Assembly (NCBI GenBank): GCA_002269645.1
Contig: NIVC01003668.1
Span: 1-64,000, forward strand
DNA length: 64,000 nt
Source: Macrostomum lignano
Lineage: Eukaryota
Direction: 5' to 3'
Every line of letters begins with the position of its first letter. Within the stretch, counting starts at the first letter, position 1. The notes under the pieces are model-generated. The model was given only the letters and a program-made list of their open reading frames with translations. It did not search any database and was not told where the DNA came from. Made by a program: the position numbers and the translations under genes. Below are positions 20,201 through 31,555 of this stretch, piece after piece.

Positions 20201-23200
20201 CCGCTGGTGAGGGCTCTGCTGCCTGACTGCCTCTCCCCTCTCCTGTCTCACCTCCCGTCTCCCATCTCTCCCCTCCCGTCTCTCCCCTCGTGTCTCCCCT
20301 CCCGGCTCTCCCCGCTCGTCTCTCCACCTCTCGTCTCTCCCCCTCTCGTCTCCTCCCCTCCCGGCTCTCCCCTCTCCCCTCTGCCCTCTCATCTCTCCCC
20401 TCCCGTCTCTCCCCTCTCGTCTCTCCTCCTCTCGTCTCTCCCCTTCCGTCTCTCCCCTCCCGTCTCTCCCCTCTCGTCTCTCCCCTTCCGTCTCTCCCCT
20501 CCCGTCTCTCCCCTCCCGTCTCTCCCCTCTCGTCTCTCCCCTCTCGTCTCTCCCCTCTCGTCTCTCCCCTCTCGTCTCTCCCCTCTCGTCTCTCCCCTCC
20601 CGTCTCTCCCCTCCCGTCTCTCCCCTCTCGTCTCTCCCCTCCCGTCTCTCCCCTCCCGTCTCTCCCTCTCCCGTCTCTCCCTCTCCCGTCTCTCCCCTCC
20701 CGTCTCTCCCCTCTCGTCTCTCCCCTCCCGTCTCTCCCCTCCCGTCTCTCCCCTCCCGTCTCTCCCCTCCCGTCTCTCCCCTCCCGTCTCTCCCCTCTCG
20801 TCTCTCCCCTCCCATCTCTCCCCTCTCGTCTCTCCCCTCTCGTCTCTCCCCTCCCGTCTCTCCCCTCTCGTCTCTCCCCTCTCGTCTCTCCCCTATCGTC
20901 TCTCCCCTATCGTCTCTCCCCTATCGTCTCTCCCCTCTCGTCTCTCCCCTATCGTCTCTCCCCTCCCGTCTCTCCCCTATCGTCTCTCCCCTCTCGTCTC
21001 TCCCCTATCGTCTCTCCCCTATCGTCTCTCCTCTATCGTCTCTCCCCTCCCGTCTCTCCCCTATCGTCTCTCCCCTATCGTCTCTCCCCTCCCGTCTCTC
21101 CCCTATCGTCTCTCCCCTATCGTCTCTCCCCTCCCGTCTCTCCCCTATCGTCTCTCCCCTATCGTCTTGTAGTGACTGTGCATCAGGCCTAGGTGTTGTA
21201 ACTAACTAACTTTGAGGCTAGAATTGTTCAATTACCTTATATGCATCGTGCGTTCAATCATGGTATCGTTGTTTCGATTGCGTAACACTGTTTTCAACGT
21301 GCACATGAGTATAAATATATTGAGCGAGACTCAAGTGTCTCCAACTGAATTGAATTTAATCAATCAACTAGAACACAACAAATGGCGACGAGCGGACTCC
21401 CGTACCCAGCGGAGTTTCAACCAGTACCAGGCGAACCTCCTGTGCCATGGGCAAGGTGGATCAAGTCATTTGAGAACTTCCTGGTAGCTGGAGCTCTCGA
21501 AGAGGCATCAGAGAGTCGGAAAAAGGCGATCCTCCTGCATCTGCTTGGTGAGGAAGGACGCCGCCGAGCTGCAAACGTCGATGCAAGCAAGTCGCTTCAG
21601 GAGACCAAAAAGGCACTGAAGGCGATTTTCAGCTCGTCGAGAAGCGTCATAGCAGAGCGCTTCGCCTTTCGGCAGCGAGCCCAGCACGACGGCGAGAGCA
21701 TCGGAGACTACGTGATGGCCCTGAGAGAACTGGCAACAAACTGCAAATTTGACACCTTTCACGACGAAATGATTCGAGACCAACTTGTGGAGAAAACCTG
21801 CGTACCTCGCATTAGGGAAAGACTCCTGATGGAGGAGGACGATCTGACGCTAGATGACGCCATCAAGAAGGCTGAGCGAATCGAAGCAGCCATCAAAGAT
21901 GCCAAGCAGGTCAGCGGCCCAGAGCTCCACGTGAAGGCGCTGAGCAAGAAGCCGAAGCCAGCTGCTCGCCATGAGAAGACCGCAGCAGCAGGTCCAAAGT
22001 GCACTCGATGCGGAGGCAACCACGGACACAGGGGCGAATGCAAGGCGATGGGCCAGAAATGCAGACGATGCGGCAAGACGAACCATTTCGCGAAAATGTG
22101 CCGCATGAAAGCGGTCTCTGCGATCGACACCAAAGAGCCTGCAGAGTCCAGTCTGACGGTCCTGGCCGTGAACAACAAGAGCACAGACAGCTTATTCTGC
22201 GAATGCCGTCTGGGCGGACAGCTGATTCGACTGCAAATCGACTGCGGTGCTGCCGTTTCGTTGCTCAACATGGAGACGTTCAAGAAGTCCTTCGCTAGGC
22301 ACCCGCTGCTTCCGACGAGCACAAAACTGGAGGCATACGGCGGATCTGCGATCAAGACCATCGGCAAGGTCGAGCTTCCAGTGACGTTCAACGGCATCAG
22401 GACAGAAGCCACATTCTACGTCGCCGACAAAGGAGCGAACATCCTGGGCCGCGACCTGTTTCAGGCCCTCGGATTCAAAATCTTCCAAGGTGACAACAGA
22501 GTGATGAGCATCAGCGAGACTACGATCGAGCGCGACTTCCCCGGAATCTTCGACGGTCTGGGCCGGTCCAAGAGCTTCATTCACCGGACAAAGATCGACG
22601 CCTCGGTCAAGCCAGTGTCTCAGCCAATGCGGAAGCTGCCGATCGGCCTGAAGGACGAAGTGACGTCAGAGATCAGCCGGATGGAGCAACAGGGCATCAT
22701 TGAGAAGGTCGACGCGTCCGAGTGGGTTAGCAACGTTGTCGTGACGCGCAAGAAGGAGTCCAACAAGGTTCGTCTCTGCGTGGATCTGCGGCAGGTCAAC
22801 AAGGCGGTGATCGCGGACCGCTATCCGGTACCGTCAATCGAGGACCTATCGGCCAGCATCAACGGCTCGAAGTGCTTCAGCAAGCTGGACCTGCGTCAAG
22901 GCTACCAGCAGATTCCGCTGCATCCAGACTCTCGAGGACTGACGTGCTTCATCACCGATGCCGGCCTGTACCAGTTCACCGTGGTGCCATTCGGGCTATC
23001 TAGCTCCGGAGCTGCCTTCCAGCGAGCCCTGCAGACGGTGCTTCGAGGAGCTCCTGGCGCCATCAACATCGTGGACGACATCCTGGTGCACGGCAAGGAC
23101 GAGACTGAGCACGACAAGAACCTCCGAGAAGTCCTAGGGCGGATTCATCGCGAAGGCTTCACACTCAATCGAGAGAAGTGCAAATTCCGGCAGGCGAGCG

Positions 23201-26200
23201 TGGATTTCTTCGGATTGGTCATCTCTGCAGACGGCATCAAACCGACCAAGTGCAACGTCGACGCAATTCTAAGAATTCCTGAGCCATCAACGGTCGCGCA
23301 AATTCAATCGTTTCTCGGGCAGTGAACTTTTTGCACAAGTTCATACCGCATTACTCAGCAATTGCCGAGCCTCTGAGACAACTGCTCAAAAAGGACGCGG
23401 ACTGGCACTGGGGTGAGCGGGAACGTACAGCCTTCCGTACACTCAAGTCAGCCGTAACCAGCAGCCCAGTGTTAGCTCATTTTGACTGCCAAGCTGAGAC
23501 GTACGTCACCTGCGATGCAAGTCTAGACGGACTGGGGGCAGTGCTCAGCCAAGTACAAAACGAAAAAGAGGTGCCAATCGCGTTCGCATCGAGAGCACTC
23601 AGCCCAGCGGAAAAGCGATACTCAGCCGGAGAGCGAGAAGCCCTGGCCTGTGTATGGAGCATCGAACGCTGGCACTACTATCTATACGGCAGACGAGTAA
23701 CGCTGCGCACCGACCACAAGGCCCTGACAACTCTGCTCGACTCGAAAGGCATGGGGCACAGGCCTCTTCGCATTCATCGATGGGTCGAGAGACTTCGCGG
23801 CTACGACGTCCGGTTTGAGCACATCCCTGGCGCTGACAACAAGTGCGCGGACATGCTGTCCAGATGGGCCACGACGGAGCGCGTTCCAGCCGAGGAGACC
23901 GACGAGGAGGGCTACGTCTACGCAGTCGTCGACTCGAAGACAACGCTGACGGCAGACGCACTGGCAACGGCGACCAAGGAGGACGAAGTGCTGCAGGCGG
24001 TTTTGCAGTACATCTCGGGCGGCTGGCCAACGAAGGTGGACAGCTCTCTAAAGCCGTACTTCAACGTCCGGGACGAGCTGTTCTGCTGGAACAACGGTCA
24101 GTGCCTCGGTCGTGGTGAACGCGCGATCATCCCGACGAGCCTGCGACTTCAAGTCATCGAGGAGGCCCACGAAGGGCATCCGGGCGTCGTTCGGTCAAAG
24201 CAGCGGTGCCGCGACACGGTCTGGTTTCCTGGAATTGACCGGCAGGTGGAGGACTACGTCAAGAACTGCACGGCCTGCACTCTGGCGGAGAAGTCCGGCA
24301 AGCCTCAACAGACGATTGTGACACCAATCGAGTGGCCAGATGGACCGTGGGACAAGGTCGAGATCGACATCTTCGGCGAGGTCGCCGCGGCTCCTCGACA
24401 CCAGCGGTTTCTACTGGTGATCCACGACCTGTACAGCAAGTGGCCGGAGATTGCAGCCATGGAAACCGTCACCTCTGCCAACATCATCAAGACGCTTCGG
24501 AAGCTATTCGGCCGGTGGGGAGTCCCGAAGATGCTGATCAGCGACAACGGACCCCAGTTCGTCAGCGACGAGTTCGAAGAGTTCCTGCGAGCCGAGGGCA
24601 TCAAGCACAGCCGAGTGAGCCGGTACTACCCGCAAGGCAACGGCGGAGTTGAGCGATTCAACCGGAGTCTGAAGGAGGGCCTGGCAGCGAACCTGAGGGC
24701 GGGAGCGAAGTTCGAGGACGCCATCGACCTGGTGCTCAAGACCTACAGGACCAGCCAGCACGCTCTCACCGGGCTGACTCCAGCCGAGCTGATGATCGGG
24801 CGCAAGCTGCGGTCCGGACTGCAGCTGCTCAGGCCAACTCCAGTGCAACAGCGGGACGACAGCGATCTGCGCGACGCTATCATTGAGAGGCAAGCCAAGA
24901 ACGCCGACTACACCAACAAGCGAAGGCGGGCTCGTGACTCTATGCTCCAGGCCGGAGACTGGGTCTGGCGACAGACGCCGCACCGAGCGCACAAGCTGGC
25001 GACCCGACTGAAGGAACCGCTAAAGATCGCCTCCAAAGCAGGGCGCAACACCTTCGTGCTGTCCGACGGTACAAAGTGGCAAGCGAGTCGGCTGGTTAAG
25101 TGCAACAGCCCACCGGCTGACAACGGCGCGGCCGACCAAGAGGACGACTGGTTCGATTTGCCGCTGCCGCCGGCTCCGCCCCCACGGACGGGCGAGCCGC
25201 CACCTCCACCTGAGCTTCGAAGGTCAACTCGAGCTCGACGGCAACCGGCGCGTTATCCTCTTCCGGAAGGGGGAGAATGTAGTGACTGTGCATCAGGCCT
25301 AGGTGTTGTAACTAACTAACTTTGAGGCTAGAATTGTTCAATTACCTTATATGCATCGTGCGTTCAATCATGGTATCGTTGTTTCGATTGCGTAACACTG
25401 TTTTCAACGTGCACATGAGTATAAATATATTGAGCGAGACTCAAGTGTCTCCAACTGAATTGAATTTAATCAATCAACTAGAACACAACACGTCTCTCCC
25501 CTCCCGTCTCTCCCCTATCGTCTCTCCCCTATCGTCTCTCCCCTATCGTCTCTCCTCTCGTTTCTTCCCTTTCTTTGCTTTCCCATTCCGACCCTCCCCA
25601 CTTCTTCCTCAACTCGCACCCTACTTTATTTCCTTCCATTTGACCGCTCAGCCTCCCCATCCAACCCCTCCCATTCCCGCAGCCCAGCTGCAGGATTCCC
25701 GCGCCAAGCTGGCCGCCGAGCGCCAACAATTCGATGCCGATTTGGCGGCCGCTCGCGAGGCCGGCGACGCCGCCGCTGCCAGCCTGCGCGAGGAGCTCCG
25801 ACGCTGCCGCACGGCCGGAGATCGCGACTTCGCCCAGCGCGCCGCCGACATTGAAGCCTCGGCTGAGCGGGCCTGGCGAGAGAAATGCGACCGGCTGGTG
25901 GAACTCGAACGGGAACGGGCTGCCCGGTTGCTAGGCGACGCCGAGACCGAGCGGGCCAAACTGGCCGGCCAGCTCGAGGAAGCGGCCAAACGGCTGGCCG
26001 AAGCTCGGACCGGGTCGCACGAGCGCCAGACTGCTCTGGACGAGACCAGGGAGCTGCTGGACGAGGCACAGGCCAAGGTGCGTCCTGGGCTGCCTGTCTA
26101 ATCTGATTTCTTGTCTCTAATCTCTCTCATCTAATCTCATTATCTCTAGTCTTATTGTCTCTTATCTCTCTCATCTAATCTCATTATCTCTAGTCTTATT

Positions 26201-29200
26201 GTCTCTATCTCTCTCGTCTAATCTCATAATCTCTAGTCTAATTGTCTCTAATCTCTCTCATCTAATCTCATCATCTCTAGTCTTATTGTCTGTTATCTCT
26301 CTCGTCTAATCTCATTATCTGTAGTCTTATTGTCTCTTATCTCTCTCGCCTAATCTCATTATCTCTAGTCTTATTGTCTGTTATCTCTCTCGTCTAATCT
26401 CATTATCTCTAGTCTTATTGTATCTTATCTCTCTCATCTAATCTCATAATCTCTAGTCTTATTGTCTGTTATCTCTCTCGTCCAATCTCATTATCTGTAG
26501 TCTTATTGTCTCTTATCTCTCTCGTCTAATCTCATTATCTCTAGTCTCGTTGTCTTTAATCTCTCTCATCTAATCTCATTATCTCTAGTCTCGTTGTCTT
26601 TAATCTCTTTCACCCAATCTCATTAGCTCTCATCTAGTCTCACTAACTCTAATCTCGATGTCTCCATAATCTCTCTCATCTAATCTCATTATCTTTCATC
26701 TAGTCTTATTATCTGTAGTCTCATTCTCTCATCTCCTTGGCTGATCTCCATGTCTCTTATCTCTCATCTAATCTCATTATTTCTCATCTAGTCTCATTAT
26801 CTAATCTTCCTATCTGATCTCATAGTCTCTTATCTCTAATCTCAGTCTCTAATCTCACCATCTGATATCATTCTCTCTAATCTCTCTCATCTCTCAAGAT
26901 ACAAGGCGCATCTAATCTCACTTTGGCAGGTAGAGAAAACTCGCGCTCAAGCGTTGAAACTGAAGCAGCGACTGGAAGAGCAACTGGAGGCGACAGCGGC
27001 TGACCGAGATGCCCTGCAGGCTAAGCTGGAAGAAGCCGAACAGCGATTGCTGACGCGTCAGAAAGAGAATCAATCGGAGACTGGAAAGAGTGTATCAGGA
27101 GAGGTGGGCACTGCTAGAGCGATAGTTACTTTTAATCCTGAGAAAAACAATTTCCTAAAATATGATTTTCAACTTTTTAGCTCAAAACTGTCATGAACGG
27201 AGTGTTTCAATCGTTGCGACGTAAGATTGATCCTAACAAACGTTACAGCGGCGAGAAAGTGTTGCAAACTCTGCTTTTAGTGATTAAGGTACGTTCGGTG
27301 TAACAGGATATTTCTGGGGCCACGGGTTGAAGCTTTACTGGCTGGATGGCTGGCTAGGAGTGAGACAGAACGCCTTCTTTATGTACATTGGGGCAGAGGG
27401 GGTTGAAGCTTCACTGGCTGGCTGGCTAGGAGTGAGACAGAACACCTTCTTTATGTACATTGGGGCAGAGGGGGTTGAAGCTTCACTGGCTGGCTGGCTA
27501 GAAGTGAGGTGGGCCGCCTTATCTATGCACATTGGGGCAGAGGGGGTTTGAAGCTTCACTGGTTGGCTGGCTAGGAGTGGGGCGGGCCGCCTTCTCTATG
27601 TACACTGGGGCAGAGGGTGTTGAAGCTTCACTGGCTGGCTGGCTGGGAGTGGGGCGGGCCGCCTTCTCTATGTACACTGGGGCAGAAGGGGTTGAAGCTT
27701 CACTCGCTGGCTGGCTAGGAGTGGGACGGGCCGCCTTCTCTATGTACAGTGGGAGAGGGGGGGTTGAATCCTACCTATTCACTATTTTACTTACCGCAGA
27801 AAGAGACGCTGCGTGCCACCGGAGAACTGGCGGAAAATGACGATGAGGAAGAAGACGAAGAAGAAGACGAGGATGAGGAGGCATCCAGCGAGGCTGAAGA
27901 TGAAGACAAAGACGAAGTTGATAATGCAGATGAAAAGCCGACAATAGACGAGGCAGCCGAAGAGGACAAAGAAGTTGCCGCCATTGCAGCGGCCGCCGAC
28001 GCCTTAGGCGGAACTGTCGACGTTGAGCCGTCAACTCCGCCGACTTCGCCAGGCGAGCACTCTCACTCGGAGCTGGTCGTCAGCGCCGCCGAGAAGCTCC
28101 ACCGTCAGGAAATCAGCGCTCGTTTAAGCGCCCTGTCGCCATCGTCAGCTCTGGCGCCTGATGGTGCAGCAGCAGCGGCGGCGGCGGCGGCGCCGAGCGC
28201 CGATGATTTTCGACCGCTGCCTAGCGGCGGTCCGTCGACGCCGCCAGCCACGCCGGAGCCGGGCGGCCGTTATCGAATTCGGGGCGCGGCAGCAATAGCG
28301 TCGGCGATGGCGCCGTTTCGCCGCCGTTGCTTGGCGCCGCAGCCGCAGCGGCTGCTGGGGGCGCCGACGAGGACGGCATGGCTGCCGGTGGCGACGCTGA
28401 CGAAGGTCGCGGCGGCGGCGGCCTCGAGGATTCTGGCACATTCGACGAGTTTGATAGTAAAGTTCGGTCGCCCGAAAATCGGCCGAATCTGCACGATGAT
28501 GAGGAAGAGGAAGCGGATGAAGATGCTGGGGGAAATGTGGTCATTGCGGCTCCCATCGCAGTTCGCCTGGAACCTGGTGTATCTGGGGATGAGAAGGCTT
28601 CGTCAGATGATGATCGTGCAGGCAGGGAGAGCCCGCCGCCTATGGAGGAAGAGGAAAATCCGGATGCGACTGAAAAGCCGGCATCAAATAATGGGGAAAT
28701 CCCATCCGAGGACAGGGAAATCCCATCCGAGAACAGGGAAATCCCATCCGAGGACAGGGAAATTCCATCTGAGGACAGGGAAATCCCATCCGAGGACAGG
28801 GAAATCCCATCCAAGGACAGGGAAATCCCATCCGAGGACAGGGAAATCCCATCCGAGGACAGAGAAATCCCATCCGAGGACAGGGAAATCCCATCCGAGG
28901 ACAAGAAAATCATATCAGAAGAGGATCAACCTTCTGTTGATGTGACAACTGAGGAAGAGAAAGTTAAAGATGCCCTGCCTTCCGAAGAAAAACCCGTTAG
29001 CGTCGACAAGGTCAATGATAATGAAGGTCAGAGTGCAGCAACCGGCCAGCCATCGGATCCGACCTCACCGCTGCCGCCAGCTCCCAAGCTTAAGGAGTAA
29101 GTCCGAGTGATTAAAAATACAGAATTGCAAAATCAAAAAATTATCGAAACTTTGAACAAATATTTTGCAGCATCTTTGCCGACTCCGATAGCGATGAAGA

Positions 29201-31555
29201 ATCACCCGCCGCTGCAGCTTCACTTAGCAAGCAGCAGCAGCAAAAGTCTAGCTCAAACAGTCAGCAAAAACATTCAACGGTTTCCGTTGAAAAGAAGTCT
29301 AAAGTTCCGAAGTAAGTTGCCTGTCTTGAATTGTAGGTCATTTTTCTATGTCTTTGTTTTGAAACAGATTTTACTGTTTAATTTTTGCAATTTTACAGCA
29401 TATTTGGAGACGAAGATAGTGACGAAGATGAAGAAAGTGCCTTTGGCAAGTCTTTGTTTAAGAAGAAAGACGAAGAGCAACCAACTCCTGCTGCTGAGAA
29501 AGTAAGTCTTTTGAAGAAAGTTGATTTGCCTAGTATTTAATGCCTCACTTCTATTTATACTTCACAATGTAAATCGACTTACATAACTATTCTAGCCCTC
29601 TGCCCGCCACTGAAGCTTCAATTGTCTTTTCCTCCTGTGTACATTCGTTATTCTCTCTATCCCTAAGTGAAAAAAGCTTCAAACCCCTCTTTATAGTGTA
29701 CATTTGCCGATTGAATTATCTAGCCTCCCCAGCCAGTTAGTGACAATTCAAACCTCTCTCTCCCACAGTGTACATTTGCCGATTGAATTATCTAGCCTCC
29801 CCAGCCAGTTAGTGACAATTCAAACCTCTCTCTCCAACAGTGTACATTTGCCGATTGAATTATCTAGCCTCCCCAGCCAGTTAGTGACAATTCAAACCTC
29901 TCTCTCCAACAGTGTACATTTGCCGATTGAATTATCTAGCCTCCCCAGCCAGTTAGTGACAATTCAAACCTCTCTCTCCCACAGTGTACATTTGCCGATT
30001 GAATTATCTAGCCTCCCCAACCAGTTAGTGAAAATTCAAACCCCCCTCTCTCTCCCGCAGTGTAAATTTGCCGATTGAATTATCTAGCCTCCCCAGCCAG
30101 TTAGTGAAAATTCAAACCCCCCTCTCTCTCCCACAGTGTACATTTGCCGATTGAATTATCTAGCCTCCCCAGCCAGTTAGTGAAAATTCAAACCCCCCTC
30201 TCTCTCCCACAGTGTACATTTGCCGATTGAATTATCTAGCCTCCCCAGCCAGTTAGTGAAAATTCAAACCCCCCTCTCTCTCCCACAGTGTACATTTGCC
30301 GATTGAATTATCTAGCCTCCCCAGCCAGTTAGTGAAAATTCAAACCCCCTCTCTCTCCCACAGTGTACATTTGCCGATTGAATTATCTAGCCTCCCCAGC
30401 CAGTTAGTGACAATTCAAACCTCTCTCTCCCACAGTGTACATTTGCCGATTGAATTATCTAGCCTCCCCAGCCAGTTAGTGACAATTCAAACCTCTCTCT
30501 CCAACAGTGTACATTTGCCGATTGAATTATCTAGCCTCCCCAGCCAGTTAGTGACAATTCAAACCTCTCTCTCCAACAGTGTACATTTGCCGATTGAATT
30601 ATCTAGCCTCCCCAGCCAGTTAGTGACAATTCAAACCTCTCTCTCCCACAGTGTACATTTGCCGATTGAATTATCTAGCCTCCCCAACCAGTTAGTGAAA
30701 ATTCAAACCCCCCTCTCTCTCCCGCAGTGTAAATTTGCCGATTGAATTATCTAGCCTCCCCAGCCAGTTAGTGAAAATTCAAACCCCCCTCTCTCTCCCA
30801 CAGTGTACATTTGCCGATTGAATTATCTAGCCTCCCCAGCCAGTTAGTGAAAATTCAAACCCCCTCTCTCTCCCGCAGTGTAAATTTGCCGATTTAATTA
30901 TCTAGCCTCCCCAGCCAGTTAGTGAAAATTCAAACCCCCCTCTCTCTCCCACAGTGTACATTTGCCGATTGAATTATCTAGCCTCCCCAGCCAGTTAGTG
31001 AAAATTCAAACCCCCCTCTCTCTCCCACAGTGTACATTTGCCGATTGAATTATCTAGCCTCCCCAGCCAGTTAGTGACAATTCAAACCTCTCTCTCCCAC
31101 AGTGTACATTTGCCGATTGAATTATCTAGCCTCCCCAGCCAGTTAGTGACAATTCAAACCTCTCTCTCCCACAGTGTACATTTGCCGATTGAATTATCTA
31201 GCCTCCCCAGCCAGTTAGTGACAATTCAAACCTCTCTCTCCCACAGTGTACATTTGCCGATTGAATTATCTAGCCTCCCCAGCCAGTTAGTGAAAATTCA
31301 AACCTCTCTCTCCCACAGTGTACATTTGCCGATTGAATTATCTAGCCTCCCCAGCCAGTTAGTGAAACTTCAGACGCCTCTACTTCAGTGTACATCAACT
31401 AGTGCATAAAAGTACATAAAAATTTAATACAAAAACAATGAAATTCAAATCCTTATCTTAAATTTAAGCCTACCGCTGCCGCCACCACGGCCGGGAAACC
31501 GAAGCCACTGTTCAGTGACGACGAAGATGACGATAGCATGGATTGGCTTAAATAA
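8552..31555 (+). CDS. FKBP15: FK506-binding protein 15 (FKBP15/WAFL), 16 exons, ~1510 aa, with one apparent 1-bp frameshift in exon 13
   Basis: Exons: 8552-8598, 12915-13021, 13110-13161, 13916-14060, 14700-14900, 15239-15694, 17066-17344, 18317-18817, 19768-20206, 25683-26077, 26930-27103, 27181-27288, 27800-29096, 29171-29311, 29399-29501, 31469-31555. Hallmarks: N-terminal MFGSTEDDDF..KLASLFG..YSAPKQPK, an FKBP PPIase domain (GMRKGSSRLLVLP), KAKLLSRMAKMGQ, ETRQHNTEMR coiled coil, VMNGVFQSLRR, and C-terminal PLFSDDEDDDSMDWLK. Exon lengths sum to 4532, one short of a multiple of 3. Confidence 0.93.
8745..9004. mobile_element. PIF/Harbinger (Tourist)-like MITE in FKBP15 intron 1
   Basis: Perfect 15-bp TIR GGGCCTTTTCATATT, subterminal inverted TTCCAGAACCAGAA, and 3-bp TSD TAT on both sides. 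Confidence 0.8.
9500..9885. repeat. Degenerate long inverted repeat, probably an old MITE
   Basis: GGCAATAGTTA...CACATATAT.AGACTT...TTTGTTAAAATGTAC on the left arm is mirrored by GTACATTTTAACAAA...AAGTCTATATATGTG...TAACTATTGTCC on the right. No TSD resolved. Confidence 0.6.
10285..10500. repeat. Degenerate inverted repeat (~70-bp arms), probably an old MITE
   Basis: AATTTTGATCAAAGTCTAGTTCTAAAAAA versus TTTTTTAGAACTGGACTTTGATCAAAATT. Confidence 0.6.
13195..13880. repeat. ~46-bp minisatellite in FKBP15 intron 3
   Basis: CCCTTCAGACCCTCACCCTGAAGAAGCTTCAGTGGATTTTCTACA units, each with a CTGAAG-AAG-CTTCAG hairpin. Confidence 0.95.
14222..14630. repeat. 31-bp minisatellite in FKBP15 intron 4
   Basis: GCTTCAGGAGTCAGAGTTTAGCTTCAGCAAA, about 13 copies. 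Confidence 0.97.
14940..15210. repeat. 20-bp minisatellite in FKBP15 intron 5
   Basis: TTTTACAGACTGACAGCCAG, about 13 copies. Confidence 0.97.
15865..17000 (+). repeat. ~72-bp minisatellite in FKBP15 intron 6, with a 421-bp higher-order duplication
   Basis: ATGTGCATAGAGAA.GCGGCCCGCCTCACTCCTAGCCAGCCAGCCAGTGAAGCTTCAACCCCCTCTGCCCCA units of 65-72 bp. Confidence 0.97.
17498..18185. repeat. 34-bp minisatellite in FKBP15 intron 7
   Basis: GCCCTAGATGTCCCTTTGAATGCCCTGACATTAG, about 20 copies. Confidence 0.97.
18905..19745. repeat. 21-bp minisatellite in FKBP15 intron 8
   Basis: CTATCCAGTGGGGTCTTTTTG, about 40 copies. Confidence 0.97.
20225..21167. repeat. Pyrimidine-rich 13-14-bp minisatellite in FKBP15 intron 9, interrupted by the LTR element and resuming at 25491-25545
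   Basis: CGTCTCTCCCCT(C/A/CT) units. Confidence 0.96.
21168..25490 (+). mobile_element. Full-length Ty3/Gypsy LTR retrotransposon, Mag-like, 4323 bp
   Basis: Two 213-bp LTRs (21168-21380, 25278-25490) with TG...CA ends that appear identical by eye. 5-bp TSD CGTCT. PBS TGGCGACGAG (21383-21392, tRNA-Ser-type). PPT GAAGGGGGAGAA (25266-25277). Confidence 0.97.
21382..25319 (+). CDS. Gag-Pol polyprotein (gag, two Cys/His knuckles, protease, RT, RNase H, integrase), split by a 1-bp frameshift at ~23318
   Basis: CTRCGGNH..C and CRRCGKTNHFAKMC knuckles; protease IDCGAAVS; RT IVDD; RNase H TCDASLDGLGAVL; integrase HEGHPG..C..C, EIDIFGE, SDNGPQF, GGVERFNRSLK. The FLG/VNF motif is broken at CTCGGGCAGTGAAC. 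Confidence 0.93.
26085..26900. repeat. Degenerate CT-rich ~45-bp tandem repeat in FKBP15 intron 10
   Basis: TCTCTCTCATCTAATCTCATTATCTCTAGTCTTATTG units. Confidence 0.9.
27325..27760 (-). repeat. Inverted copy of the ~72-bp minisatellite in FKBP15 intron 12
   Basis: TGGGGCAGAGGGGGTTGAAGCTTCACTGGCTGGCTGGCTAGGAGTG is the reverse complement of the intron 6 unit; about 6 copies. Confidence 0.95.
28696..28905 (+). repeat. Coding 21-bp repeat, (EIPSEDR)x10, in FKBP15 exon 13
   Basis: GAAATCCCATCCGAGGACAGG units in frame with the acidic tail. Confidence 0.9.
29690..31372 (+). repeat. ~69-bp minisatellite in FKBP15 intron 15
   Basis: CAGTGTACATTTGCCGATTGAATTATCTAGCCTCCCCAGCCAGTTAGTGACAATTCAAACCTCTCTCTCC units, about 24 copies. 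Confidence 0.97.

Noticed and set aside
18889-21192. Long ORFs over the 21-bp and CT-rich arrays
   Set aside because: Low-complexity repeat translations within FKBP15 introns 8 and 9
27749-28945. 398-aa ORF taken as the complete FKBP15 exon 13 product
   Set aside because: Its second half (Arg/Lys-rich, KSHPRTG repeats) is off-frame; the acidic frame 28327-29096 is the one that splices in phase to exon 14
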